Assembly: GCA_964035545.1 (NCBI GenBank)
Contig: OZ037766.1
Coordinates: 28,441,673-28,505,672 of the forward strand
Direction: 5' to 3'
Origin: Bugula neritina
Taxonomy: Eukaryota > Animalia > Bryozoa
DNA: 64,000 nucleotides
The notes below the pieces were generated by a model. The model did no database searches. It saw nothing but the letters and a program-made list of their open reading frames with translations, and was not told where the DNA came from. Numbering within the stretch: the first letter of the stretch is position 1; each line of letters opens with the position of its first letter. The position numbers and the translations under genes are program-made. Below are positions 1 through 12,900 of the stretch, one piece after another.

Positions 1-384
1 GTTTATTTTACATTGCACAGCTGTTAAGTGATTAAAACAGGAAACAAAATGATCAGATAAAAATGATGGTTCCAGTGAAAAGCTATGTCTGTTTCCATCA
101 GTTTTACTTACCTATTCCTGCAAAAGCTTGCAATTTTAGAGCCTATGGGAAGTTTAGTAGAGTTAAGTGTGCATGGTACTCTAAATGCAATAGAAATAAA
201 TTGTCTGTTTTCAAATTTAAATATTTAATAATGAAAATTGTATTATAAATTTTTTATCTGGTAACTTGAGTCTGGTCTATAGTTAAATGATGACACATAA
301 AAACTAACGATAACAATTTTCACAACTTCTAAGCCTGAAAAACTTTATAACTACCAACAGAATTTATTTATGACCATTTAAGTA

Positions 385-585
385 GCCGTGGTCTAGGGGT
401 TTGTGGTTTGTTTAGTTAACACCAGGTCATGAGTCTTGAGCCGGACAAAGGCCATTGATGTTGTTAAGAAGAGAATCCAGTCATAATTGTTTCTGTGCTT
501 CATTTGAATGAGTCCTTAGCCCATTTAACAAACACCTTTCCATCAGGGGTTTCTTACAGGGATTTAGTGATTATAAACTTGTATG
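385..585 (+). mobile_element. Degenerate SINE-like dispersed repeat, copy 1
   Basis: 5' GCCGTGGTCTAGGGGTT resembles a Pol III A-box. The body shares ordered blocks (cagtcata, gtccttagcc, caggg-ttct-acaggg, tataaac) with the reverse complement of 52510-52640. Confidence 0.45.
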
Positions 586-1020
586 AGTTTTATTTGAGTA
601 GCAAATGGCTACTTCGAAAGCACTCTCTTAGTCTGCTGCATGGTTATAAGGGGTGGTAACTACATACTGATGTATCGGGCTACTGAATATATCTGATGCA
701 GATATTCAACAAGATGACCATTTTTATTTTTAATTTATGTATTTGGATATAATTAGAAAATAAACATAATGGATATAGAAAAACGAGAGAATAGTAATTT
801 TGAACAACTAGACAATTTTTTTTTAATATACCAGTTGAGAAACCAAAAAGTGTTTTTAAGATGCTCAAATTTCAATGAAACAATATCGAAGCACACTGAT
901 CAACAAGAATTAACTGTGGTGCAGTAAGTTAAAAAATAAAGCAAATGAATAAAGTATTACCAACAACGCCATAGAGAAATATGAAAATAGTATGAATATT
1001 TATTTAGAATCCACGTTTGC

Positions 1021-3210
1021 TTAAAGCAACTTTTCAATAAACTTGGAATCTTTTTTTCGAAGTATGTCAACCATGTATTCAGGTACACAGGCAATCTCCA
1101 TAAGAGTTGTCTTTTCTTTATGTTCTCTGTTGGCATGACAACAGGCACAAAAGTAAGATGCTTTAGGCAAGTTGTTCAGACATCCTTGAAGACTGTCCAA
1201 AGAACTCTCTACTTCAACTGAGACTTCAGGGTTGGAGAATGTCTCAAAATAAAAGGCAACTGGATCAGTTTGAGATTTCAAAGTAAAAGCTGCCCCACCA
1301 TTTGGCACTAATGTCTTTAAAGCATGTCTGTGTAAAACTAATAAGCACGCTTTTCGTTCAGTTGTAGGATTTGCAAGTTTAAGTGCTGCCTTCATCCAAG
1401 TTGCTGCAGACAGAGCTGGAAAGTACAAACCGTTATGCAACTCAGTATTTCTTTCAATGATGTAATCATCTCTCAAGGAGTTAGCGAGTATCAGTAGGTC
1501 GTTAGTCTCTGCTTCCATTGACTCACTGTCACATTCGGTTTCGCATAAACTGACTGATTCTTTAGTCAGCAGATAACTGTCCATGATTATTGCCGACAGC
1601 TTGAAGCGTTCCTGCTCTTTTTCAAGTGACTTCTTTTTTTCAGCTAGGCTGGTTTTTTCTATAGAAACATAAGATATTCCTTCCAGTCTGGCTTTCCAAT
1701 GTGTGTTGAAATATCTCAACACAAATTTTGCGCAACTCTTTAAAAGATCTGTCACTTCCTTAATAAAACTCTTTGACTCTTCACAATCAGGCAAGTCTTT
1801 GAGTGAAACTATTTCTTGTACAAGTAGCAAGTAAAAATGAGTAGCGACGTTAAAAAGCAGCATGCCCTTTTTGGGAAAGGAAGTGTTATGAATTATCTTG
1901 ATCAACTCAGCTCTTCTTGATACTTCCTCTTTTTTCAGCATATCCATAAAGTGCTCAACGGAGAATTTAAGAATAGCTCTCAATTCCAAATACGTCTCTT
2001 TAACAAAATACATAAAGTCTTTAAGATTGTTGAACAGCTCAATAAGTACTGCTTCTGGTTTTTCTGGAAAATAATCGTTAATTAAAGTTTCCTTTACATA
2101 GTATAGATAACCTAATTTGCTCTGATCTTTGAAGACATGGAATGTTGTGAGGGCAGTCGGTGTATTTTCATTGACAGCAGCAATGAGGTTTTGTACCAAG
2201 TCATGTACCGAGCAATCAAGAACGTAACTTTCTCTCTGGTAAAGACAATAAAAAAACCTCTTATCTCTGTAAGCATATGGCAGATTGTCATCATTGGCAG
2301 AGTCTACAAGCTTTGAACCTTCTGCGGTCACTAAACTACCACCAGCATCTACAGAGGTACTTGCAGAGCTGCTCTCAGGTTGACTTTCACTGGTTGCTTT
2401 ATGATCAGCTACTGCAGAAAGAGGAATAATTTTTATTTCACTCTTACTTTCGCTGTCCATCTCAGCTGCTGGCTCATCTATGGAAGCGGAAGTAGTAGGA
2501 GCTAGACCAGAATCCTCCACTTCATTTTTTGCAATCTAAAAAAGGTAGTAGCAGAAAAGCATTTAGTTAAACAAAAGACCATTGATAAAAAAAACTTTAC
2601 AATATGTATTTTGGTGCTTGCCTAACTTTTCCATTCAATTTAGATTGTTTTCATCAATACAGCTTCTTTATAAAGGTATAAAATAGCTATTTCATGACTG
2701 CAAAACTCAATCTTGGAACCAATCTTGTAAAACATATCACATGAAAACTGCCTAAACAAGTATTTGTGCTAGTTTTAGTTGCAATAGTTTCTTCTACATA
2801 CAAAGAAGGTTCACCAATTTATAATTACTCAATTTGAAAACGACTTTTTGAACAAGTGTATTTAATAATAAGGCTTATAAATTTGCTAGCTGCTGATGTC
2901 ATGAACTATACTGCCAAAATATATAAACTATCAAATATCATTTTATGCACTACATTTGATATCCAGCATCACTCACTACCTTGAAAATGTAAGGCACAAA
3001 TAATACAGAATAGTTCAGGTTTACAATAATATATTAACCTACATCTCCTTTGGGATTGTTAGTTGGTGGAATCTCCTCTTCTTTCATCAAAGGTCTTAAT
3101 TTTTTAGCATCTGGTACATCGTCAGGTTGAGAAGAAAGTTCACTGGTTCCAGAGTCCATTCCAGTTGCATCTGCCAATATTAGAGTATCTTTTGATTCTT
3201 TAGTTGCCAT
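1021..3210 (-). CDS. Uncharacterised ~560 aa protein, two coding exons (3210-3043, 2535-1021)
   Basis: The 499-codon ORF extends upstream to a ttttttag acceptor. An upstream exon MATKESKDTLILAD...PKGD ends at a GAT|gtaggt donor in matching phase 0. The N-terminus is acidic/Ser-rich and the C-terminus looks helical, with a CACCH motif. No family recognised. Confidence 0.8.
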
Positions 3211-3949
3211 TTTGTGTCTCTGCGGAGAAACCTGAACAACGTTTTATTTAACTCAGACTTGGGCTTACCTTTATATAACAGAAATAATTCAGCTTTTTTT
3301 TAGTTTTTACTTCCAAAGCTGTTTCACTCTAACAATAGTCAGCTTTTCAGAAACAAGTTTTCTATCCTTCAGCTATAAAGCTTTTTAAGTCTACCAACAA
3401 TCAGTTTTTCAGAAAGAAATATTTATTTTTCAGCTATAAATTGGTAAGCATGTGTAACTCTGTCAATTATAGTTAGATTCTTAGAAAGCATTTTTCTATC
3501 CTTCAGCTATTTATATAGCTGTTTAACTGAATTTCTGCTTGTGGCTCGCTATATAAGACTTATATCTAACCACTTTGCACAAGTTTGCAGCTTAAGCTTT
3601 GCTAAGCAAGAAACAGCTAGCTATAATAACCATTGTTTTTTACACGTGCAGTTAGTTTAATGTAACAGCTCTCAAATACAATTAAGTAGATAAATCTACA
3701 ACAAAAACTTTATTATTGGTGATGCAGTTGAAAATTTTTGCATTAATATCCTATAATAGCAATCATTTCTGTGGTTGACTTAAAATTACCTGCTACAGGT
3801 TCACATAATATACCATACTCATGTCTCTTATAAATTTTTCATATTTGAGGTGTCTTTTTAAATGGCTAATATTATTCTTTTAATCAAATACATTTTCTGA
3901 CATCACCAATGGCTCTGACATGATTTGAACTCATGAACTTATTCACAAT

Positions 3950-4165
3950 AGAAAAAATATTATGTTATATATTATTATATTATATCATACTATATTATGT
4001 TATATATATATCATATTATATTGTTTTAAATTATATCATATTTTATATTATTCTGTTTTTATTTTATATCATATTATATCATACTATATTATGTTATTTT
4101 AAATTATACCATATTTTATATTATTCTGTAATTATTCTATGATATAATATTATTATACTATTATG
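3950..4165. repeat. Low-complexity (TATAT/TATTA)n tract
   Basis: Degenerate AT pentamer repeat seen directly. Confidence 0.8.
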
Positions 4166-4457
4166 CAACTTCGATGAATAATAATAGTTATGTTCATACA
4201 ATAGTATAGAATTTTTGTCTAGGTTGTTTGGCTTTCAATTGATGCTACTTCATGTGTCATGTAATGCATTTTGCTCAATTGTATGCAAATCAAACGCTAA
4301 TGGCACAGCACTGGTACAATTGTATTAAGAATCTCATCTCAGATTCATAGATAGTGAGATAACATATTTTTAGCATTATATAAGTTATAAAATTTTATAG
4401 TCTAGTGAATTAAATTATAAAAATAACTTGTTTAAATTTCTTTTTTATTCATTGCAG

Positions 4458-5034
4458 TTGATGCTGATTGGATGAGAAACAACATGGCCTATGTACGGAT
4501 ATCTTATGGCCAACTTTCGTATGAGTCTTTAGATGAAGAGATTGCATACTCTTTATTTGATCTAATTGGTGAGTATAATATTGTCTCTAAAAATGTAAAC
4601 ATTTTAAAACTTTTTGAACTAAGCTAATTGCATTTAAGATTTGATCATGATACAATATTATGATATACTACTACCCCTTTTTTTAAATTTTTTCTTGCAT
4701 TGGCTAATTTATTAATAATCAATTTACTGGTATATTCTGTTTGCACTAAAAGTATTATACTAAAGTGCAGCAACAAACTATTAACCTTTATAAACTGTGA
4801 ATACTGGAACCAATTTTTATACTGCATATAGCTTACTCCTACTCGTATAACATATTTTGTTATCTTATTGTTTTAGCTAATTTGGGAGGCACCCTTGGAG
4901 TGTGTCTCGGTGCAAGTATTTTATCAGTAATTGAGTTATTGGAATATATAATAATGAAGCTTTCCAAGTGTTTTCTCACACGAAGTCTCAGACAAGAGAA
5001 GGTTACTCCAAAAAAAGTAGTTTCAGACAGCTAA
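4458..5034 (+). CDS. DEG/ENaC (ASIC/FaNaC-like) amiloride-sensitive sodium channel, last two coding exons (4458-4568, 4877-5034)
   Basis: Spliced translation DADWMRNNMAYVRISYGQLSYESLDEEIAYSLFDLI|ANLGGTLGVCLGASILSVIELLEYII...DS* matches the DEG/ENaC pre-TM2/TM2 pattern with the GAS selectivity motif. Canonical AG/GT sites in phase 1. Upstream exons were not found in this window. Confidence 0.88.
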
Positions 5035-6936
5035 CTTCACAGCAGAGAGTATGGAGTATTAGCTGCCTAGTACAGCAGTCTAGTACTGTAGTACTGTAAC
5101 CAGATAGTGCAATTTGGGCACATAAGCAAATAACACCATGATTAGTAATAACATTATGCCGCAGCAACACATTTTCATTTTTACAAAATTTATAGTTGAA
5201 GTCAATAATAGTTCATCCCCAATATTATGCTTCAAATACCAAACAAAGCCAGCTGTATTATATTGGAGTTATTTGCTCTTGTGAGATACTGTTAATGCTT
5301 AGTTTAAGGGGAATAGATTGCAGTAAATATTGCTATGCATAATTTATGTCAAACAAAGCTGCATGCTGATTGAGCAGTTTTTAAGAAACTACTTTTTGTA
5401 ATAAAAATTTGCCATATCCCTGCAGAATGCATGTAATGAAATAGTTGATAATAGGAATTCTTGTTAGACTTCAGCATATTATGTTTAAAATGTTTTCTGT
5501 TATTTGATTGTAATGATTTTATATTAATTCTACTAATATCACTTGAACATTTTGTTTTCAATCTACATTGTATGTCATATTCTACAGCTAGTTTCCAAAA
5601 TAAATACTATTAGTACCACAATACGAGCCTCTGTTTACATGTATCAATGTATTATCAACAAATGATTTTACATGAGCATAAAATATGTTATAATCCTTAC
5701 AATAATAATCTAAGATTTCCCAAATGACTGTATTAAAAAAACTATCATTATAGCCAATAATTATTACCTTAACCTAAAATATCCTGATGAACCTGTATAG
5801 AATAATCTGTAGAAATACTCATATATAATGTACTTCTGCAACACCACAGCGTCTCTCAGTTGTAAAGCACAATATTTGTGTCAGTATTACTCTATCAAAG
5901 TGGCAGTAACTGAAGAGATTTATAGTCAAGTTAGGCAAGTTTTTTTATACTATAATTACAATATTATTTCCTGCAAGTTATGCATTTATATATCACAACA
6001 TTAGGAGTTATCTCTTCTTTCGTTGTAAGTTTACCAGTCTCTATTTTAGTTCACAAATCTCTATAGATTTCAAATTTCAATTTTATGAGCTATATATTTT
6101 ACTCAGTCAAGAGTGCTTCACATGTATACAAACAAATAGTAATTGAATTCATTTTGTCTACGTATACCACAACACATTATGTATCACATAAAGCGTTTGC
6201 ACGTGGCTGTGTGTTATTGTAAATAAAATATCATAAAACAGCTATGACATGACAAAAAATGTTAAATTTTAAAAATTAAGCTCCAAATTATTTATTTACT
6301 GCACTTTTTGTAATTTAGCCAAGTATTTTCTATGTAATCAGTTATATAGTATGATATGTAATTTAAAATGATGACATATATGTAATAGAATGCTTTTATT
6401 ACATGGTTGTAATTTGACATGTTTCTTTAGTGGCATCAGTATATTATAAAGGTTTAACTTCTAAGTGACCACATACATTGGCCATGTTTTATACATAACA
6501 CAGTACCTAGTGGGATTTTTCAATTAGTTTCCTAAAAGTGCATTTGAATTTGAAGCTTGAAAGAAAGTATTAGACAACAGACCTGTTTTCAAACATTACA
6601 GGGTAGCCTAAACAAAGAACATTTTTTTTGATATTCCTCTATTTTATTGGCATTTATTTCTGTTATAGTAGAAAATACAGCAGTTGCTTTAGTTTAAATT
6701 TTAATTGTGAGTAGTGGAGTTGTTTCCTCTCATGTGCTATGCTTGTGGTAAAACTCTGTTTTCGTCCCTAATTGTGAAATTTCGACCCGTTTGCCAGCTC
6801 ACCCGGAAAACTGTTATTTCCCAAAAACTTCCCTGAATTTTACTTTCAGTTTCTGCAAAATATTTCTTTGTTGTCCTAATTGTAATATAATTATATGTTA
6901 TCGACTTTAACGGAATACTACAACTGAGTTGCTTTG

Positions 6937-9900
6937 ATGGCTTGTTCAATTGATACAGATTTTCCCACTCATGGTCTGTTGCCTAAAAAAGAAACTGGTG
7001 CAATAAGTTTTTTGACTAAATATCCTGATTATAATGGGGATGGTGTTACAATTGCGATTTTGGACACTGGTGTAGATCCTGCAGCAAAAGGTTTGCAGGT
7101 TAGTAGATTACCGATTTGATTTTACCTTTGGCTATTTAGTGCTATTGAATTCCATTGCTTTAAATTCACTTTATTTCTCAATTACTAGGACGTTTATCTG
7201 ATATCTTGATGATTTAAAATTTAAATTGATAATTATAATAATAATATAAATACTGATAGTGATAGTCATTGTCATTGTGATTATAATGATAATACTTATT
7301 ATAATTGTATTATCATAAATATAATTATAAAGATTATTAAATTTAATGCATCCGGAATGAAAAATAGATGAGTAGTAATCAATAAATCATTTCGCATCAC
7401 AAAATGGAAGTAAGAAGTAAGAAATTATCTTACATTTACCATATTATAATAAATTAAATCGCAAAATAATAAGTTGTTATGCTATCAATATCATTATCAT
7501 CATTTTGATTGTTATTTTACATATGACGTTTGATTTGCTTCAACCTTTTTATGCACTTTCCATGTTTATTGTAAAAATGTGTATTATTTTCAAATTGATT
7601 CATAGTTACACTAATTTCTAGCCTCGTCATATCATTCATTGAGTTACTATAGGCTTCTGCTTTTAGGAAACTCCAAGTGGCGAGGCGAAAGTTATAGATT
7701 TATATGATGCTAGCGGATCTGGAGATGTGGACACATCTACAGTTGTTGAAGCAAAAGATGGTGAAATTACCGGGTTGAGTGGCAGAAAACTCAAAGTATG
7801 CCTTCACTCCAAAACTCCACACTTGTCAATGATTCACCTGTTGCTGCTTAAACCTAAAATCTCTCATTTAAATAATATTACGACTATTATCATAGTTTTT
7901 GCTGTAATTTACAAGTCATCTTAGTTTCCCTTTAGTTCTGTTTTATCATTGCTTCTTTTAAAAGATTCAACCACTGTTATTTCCATTGCAATTCTAAGAA
8001 CTATCAGGCTTGTACTCATAAAATAGGCCTAACATGGCGTTGACTAGTTCAAAATAAAAGCAAAACTAGTCTTTCTTTCAGATTATGAAATTTATAGTGA
8101 TTATTTGGTTATTGGCTGTTGAATCACATCAAACTCAAAGTTTTGTTATAATGTAGTCATATTTTTTGTATGCAATACAGCTTTAGTGTCAAACTGATTA
8201 ACTTCATGAACAAAATAAAGAGTAAATCATGTATCACTGTAAAAGTTCTGTGTATTATAGATTCCAGGGGATTGGAATAATCCATCGGGTAAGTACCATA
8301 TTGGTATCAAAAGTGCTTACAGCCTCTGTCCCGGGCCTTTGAAATCTCGATTGAAAGATGAGAGGAAGAAGCAATTGTGGACCCGCCCGCACAACCAACT
8401 TGTATCTCAGGCTATGAAAGATAAAAGTGAATCTGAAAAAAACAAGCCTGCTAAACCTAGCGAGGTGAGTCACATGCTAAATCCAACGAGGTAAGTCACA
8501 TGCTAAACCTAGCGAGGTGAGTCACATGCTAAACCTAGCGGGGTGAGTTGCATGCTAAACCCAGTGGTGCAAATAACATGCTATGCTTTATGCTACATAA
8601 GTTACTGCCATCTATTGATATGAATTCTTAGAAAAAGTTATTTATTCTCCTGATCAACTGTGATTTATAAACTGCGAGCTGAGGTAGTCTAGAACTGCTA
8701 GTATAGGATGGTTCAGCACACGTAAGTGTAAGTGTTGAGTATTTCTGACTCTTGAGTTTTATGAAACTAAATGTCTATCACTTCTGTTAGTCAGCACCAG
8801 TCGACTTTCTGAACTTGGAGAGAGAAAAGCACCATAGGTTTTATTGACCATTAAAGTTATCACCTCACATACTTTCTTAAAAGAAGCACCAAGGCCTAGT
8901 ATTGCTGATAATTATTATTTTAGACTGAAAAGCTGGCCAAGAGTGAAGTTGATGCCAAAGTAGAGTTGCTGAGCAGCTTGGCAGACAAGTATGAGGACTG
9001 CGGACCAGTATATGACTGCGTTGTGTTCTATGATGGCAACACATGGCGGTGAGTGGTTACAGCGTATTTCTCTGTGTGGTGGTGCATATATGTATACATG
9101 TCTTTAAGATAGCTGTGTTCCAACAAAAAAATGTAACACATGATATTGCGTGGTGAATCCTGATAAAAATGGTGAGACTTTGTTGAATTTCCCCAAATAT
9201 GATTAATATTTATGTAAGATTTAGTCTAAACTTTTGTCAGTTCTCAAAGTCACTTTACATTTTACTAATATGAATGCTGGATGAAAAGTATCATTGATGA
9301 TTCAATACGCACTATGGAGGTTGATTTCTAGTTTTTAACCAGTATCTGTAACTATATTACTAACTTCTAAAGCTGTGTCTATACCTGTATTACTCCCTTC
9401 TAGAGCTGTGTCTATAACTCTATTACTCACTGCTAAAGCTGTGTCTATACCTATATTATTCACTTCTAGAGCGTGTGTAGACACGAGTGAGACGGGAAAC
9501 CTCATTTCCTGTCAGCTCATGGCCTCCTATCACGAAGAACACCAGTTTACCAGATTCTCCAGTCTAGACATGCTCAACTTCTCTGTCAATATTTACCAAG
9601 ACGGGAATATTCTGGAAATCTGCACCAACTCTGGTATGTCTCTCTCTCACCTCATGTAACCCTGTATGTTCATATGTAGTTAGGCACTTGTATTGTTGTA
9701 TGCAACTCCTCTTTGGGTGAGATCTCCTTTATTAGATTTTAGTTTCTGGTGTACATGGCATATATGTTACTACATAAGTTATATCAACATTGCTATTCAT
9801 GTATTGTTGTCTAGGGTCACATGGTACTCACGTAGCCTGCATCTCAGCTGCCTATCATCCTGCCAATCCTCAGAGGAATGGAGTAGCACCTGGTGCAAAG

Positions 9901-12900
9901 ATTGTCGCCATTAAGATATCTGATATTAGGACTGGAGGGAACGAAGAAACTTCTAGCTCAATCGTCAGAGCTGTATGTGTATTATATACTATATATTGTA
10001 TACAATATGTGCAGTGCTGTATTTGTATTATTTGCTATTATATACTATATACACTGTTGTATATAGACTATAATATAATATACATGTAAGTGTATAGCTT
10101 GTATAGCTTGTATGTGTAGTATAAACTCTATACAAAGCTGTGTATGTACTATAATCAATATGTATTATGTCTGCTGTGTAGTGTGTACTATATTATGCTC
10201 TATACCTATACAGATATTTATATGTACTATAACTACTTATAAATCATACCCTTAAAAATGTAAAAATCTGTAAATGCGCTATATACTGTATTCTTATACT
10301 CTGTAGTGTAAGCTACATACATTGTACTTTATACAACGCTATATTTAGATACTCAAATATATTATTATGTCTTCTAAATTCAAATTCTAGATGTTACGAG
10401 TGATTCAGCTCAAGTGCGACGTGGTGAACGTTAGTTTTGGAGAGACTGCTAAATGGAATAATGACGGGTTAGTAGTATTGAAATCTATGTATCCCCCCGC
10501 CTGGTTATTTGTGACTGTATAGAACCCAGTCTATGCAGATCTTCAGTTAAATGATGCTACTTCACCTTCTCTTGTATTCACTCTATCTCTCTCCATCTCT
10601 CTCCATCAACCTCTCTTCTCAGCTGTTTACAGTGCTTCATTTTATATACAGTTTTGATGTTAGAGATAGATGTTGATATCAAGTTGTGTATTATAATGGA
10701 TAGATATTAATGCTTGTTAGATAAACCCCTATATACCAGCATTTCAGTTAATCTGTTCCATCATGCAGTATAATCTGTTGAACTTGTGGAGTTTTAAATC
10801 TATCTCTTGTATATGCCATGGAATAACTGTATTATAAATACCATTATTCTGTTGTAGATGTGCTTGTTTTATCATTTCTCTAATAGCTAAATTGAATCCA
10901 AGTAACTGAACTAGTGAAAGCTCTTATACCATCAACACCTTATGGTTGTAAAATCTTAACTCTGTGTTGTATTGTGTAGTCGAGTTGCTGAGCTTGTGAG
11001 TCAGGCTGTGAACAATCATGGAATCCTCTTCCTGTCTTCTGCCGGTAATTCTGGTCCGGCTCTCACTACTGTCGGTGCTCCTGGTTGTACCATCTCCGCT
11101 GGCATAGGTAGGTCCAGTCCGATACTGTCAATATAGGTAGGTCCGGTACTGTTGGTACACTTGACTGTACAAGTAGGTCAGGATTTCATGTTCAGTCACA
11201 CTGCTACTGCACAATTTTTTTAATGTCAAAGAAGCTATGTTTGCTTTTCTATAACCACCGTACCTATAATGGTAGACAGGAGGGGTCACTTGTAACCCTC
11301 CCCCCATTTCTCTGTAATAAGTTGTTTGTACTTTCAGGTGTGGGAGCTTATGTCTCGCCAGACATGATGGTGGCAGAATATTCAATGCGAGAGAAAGTGC
11401 CTCACAACACCTACACCTGGTCATCCAGGGGACCAGCTAACGACGGGGCTCTCGGTGTAACAATCAGTGCTCCTGGTGGTAGGTTACTAAGGCTATAGTG
11501 CAGTCCCCATGGTTACGATACGGTTACCATGGTTACGATATGTATGTTTCCTTCTTTAGAGGTTATACTGTGGTGGTTTGACTTTAGATGAATTCATGTG
11601 GGTAGCCTAGTAGCTGCTTATTATTTAATAGTACAGTTTAGTGTTACCTGCAGCTGTGCTATTTTGTGTGTAATTGTCGTCAGGGGCGATAACTTCAGTG
11701 CCGGACTGGAACCTGTGTGGCCAGGAAATGATGCATGGTACCAGTATGAGCTCACCCAATGCAACAGGATGCATGGCTTTAGTTCTGTCAGGTATTACAT
11801 TAGCCTTGGTTCCAACAAAAAAATTATTATCACTTTAGCCTTTACTGTAACAATTCATCTTGAATAATTCATAGAAACATCACTCTAATATTTCCATTAT
11901 CCAAGCTTTAACATATGTTAGACTTGTTTTTTGACTTTAGTCGCAATTCTAACTGACATAATTATGAATTACCCCATATTGTCTTATGACCTGTGTGCTC
12001 TTCTTCTAGCCTTAGTGCTTATTTTACTAAGGTTTGAAGAAGCGGGGGATACCCTACAGCACTGCCAGTGCCAAGAGAGCTATGATAAACACAGCTAAAA
12101 ATGTGGAGTCAGCTGACATTTTCTCCTTGGGTCACGGACTTTTCCAGGTATTATTTCACGTCTCGTAGTTTGTTGAGATGCATGAATATATTTCTGGTGG
12201 TTAATGAGACCTTTAATAGTACGCATGGCAGAGGTGTTCTACATTCGTATCAAACCCTGTCTAAAGGCTAGAGCTTTTTTTTGTTGATATTGTTTAGTTT
12301 GTTGCAGAGTTTTACAATTTTATTATTAATGCATCTCTTTTATTTTGGATTAATGTTTTTTCTATAGCCTTAGATCTGACAATGTTAGACTGAGATCTCT
12401 GGTCTTTACCGGCATAGTCCTGGTTATCAAATTAACATCTCTGTATTGTTCTTTAAGCATGGGTCATTTATATTTTTAGCATTTCTCAGACTAGAAAAGT
12501 AAAACATAGTACATTTCTGTAAATGGCCTGTTTGAAATTTTAGTTTAATACGTGAATGAGTAGAAGATGTACATTAGTTTGTGACACTAGAAAAGATTAT
12601 TCATGGAGAGCAAGTGTTTGCCTATCTTGAAGTTCTTCATTGATGTCCAATCACCATAGCTCTTGTAAAAAAATATATTTTGCCGCTAAGCACAATGTTC
12701 TCGACAGTCTTATTGGTGCCTCCCCTTGGATATGTAGGGGTTTATCTATTTAGTGGGGGATGGGTCAGTTCTCAAGTGATTAGCCAATAGTATTATTTGT
12801 TACAACTTTCTCAGGTGGATAAGATGTTTGAGCACATGTGTGAGCACCACAGTCTGCCCGAAGACTTTGTGACATTCAATGTGAGTGTGAATGGAGGGCG

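Noticed and set aside
63-248. Cys-containing ORF as an upstream DEG/ENaC exon
   Set aside because: No recognisable channel motif and no convincing splice phase.
385-450. tRNA gene
   Set aside because: Only an A-box-like stretch, with no cloverleaf or intact B-box. Better explained as a decayed SINE head.
3933-4142. Hydrophobic Y/I/L-rich ORF (similar at 61373-61561 and 34782-35050)
   Set aside because: Translations of low-complexity AT-rich repeats.
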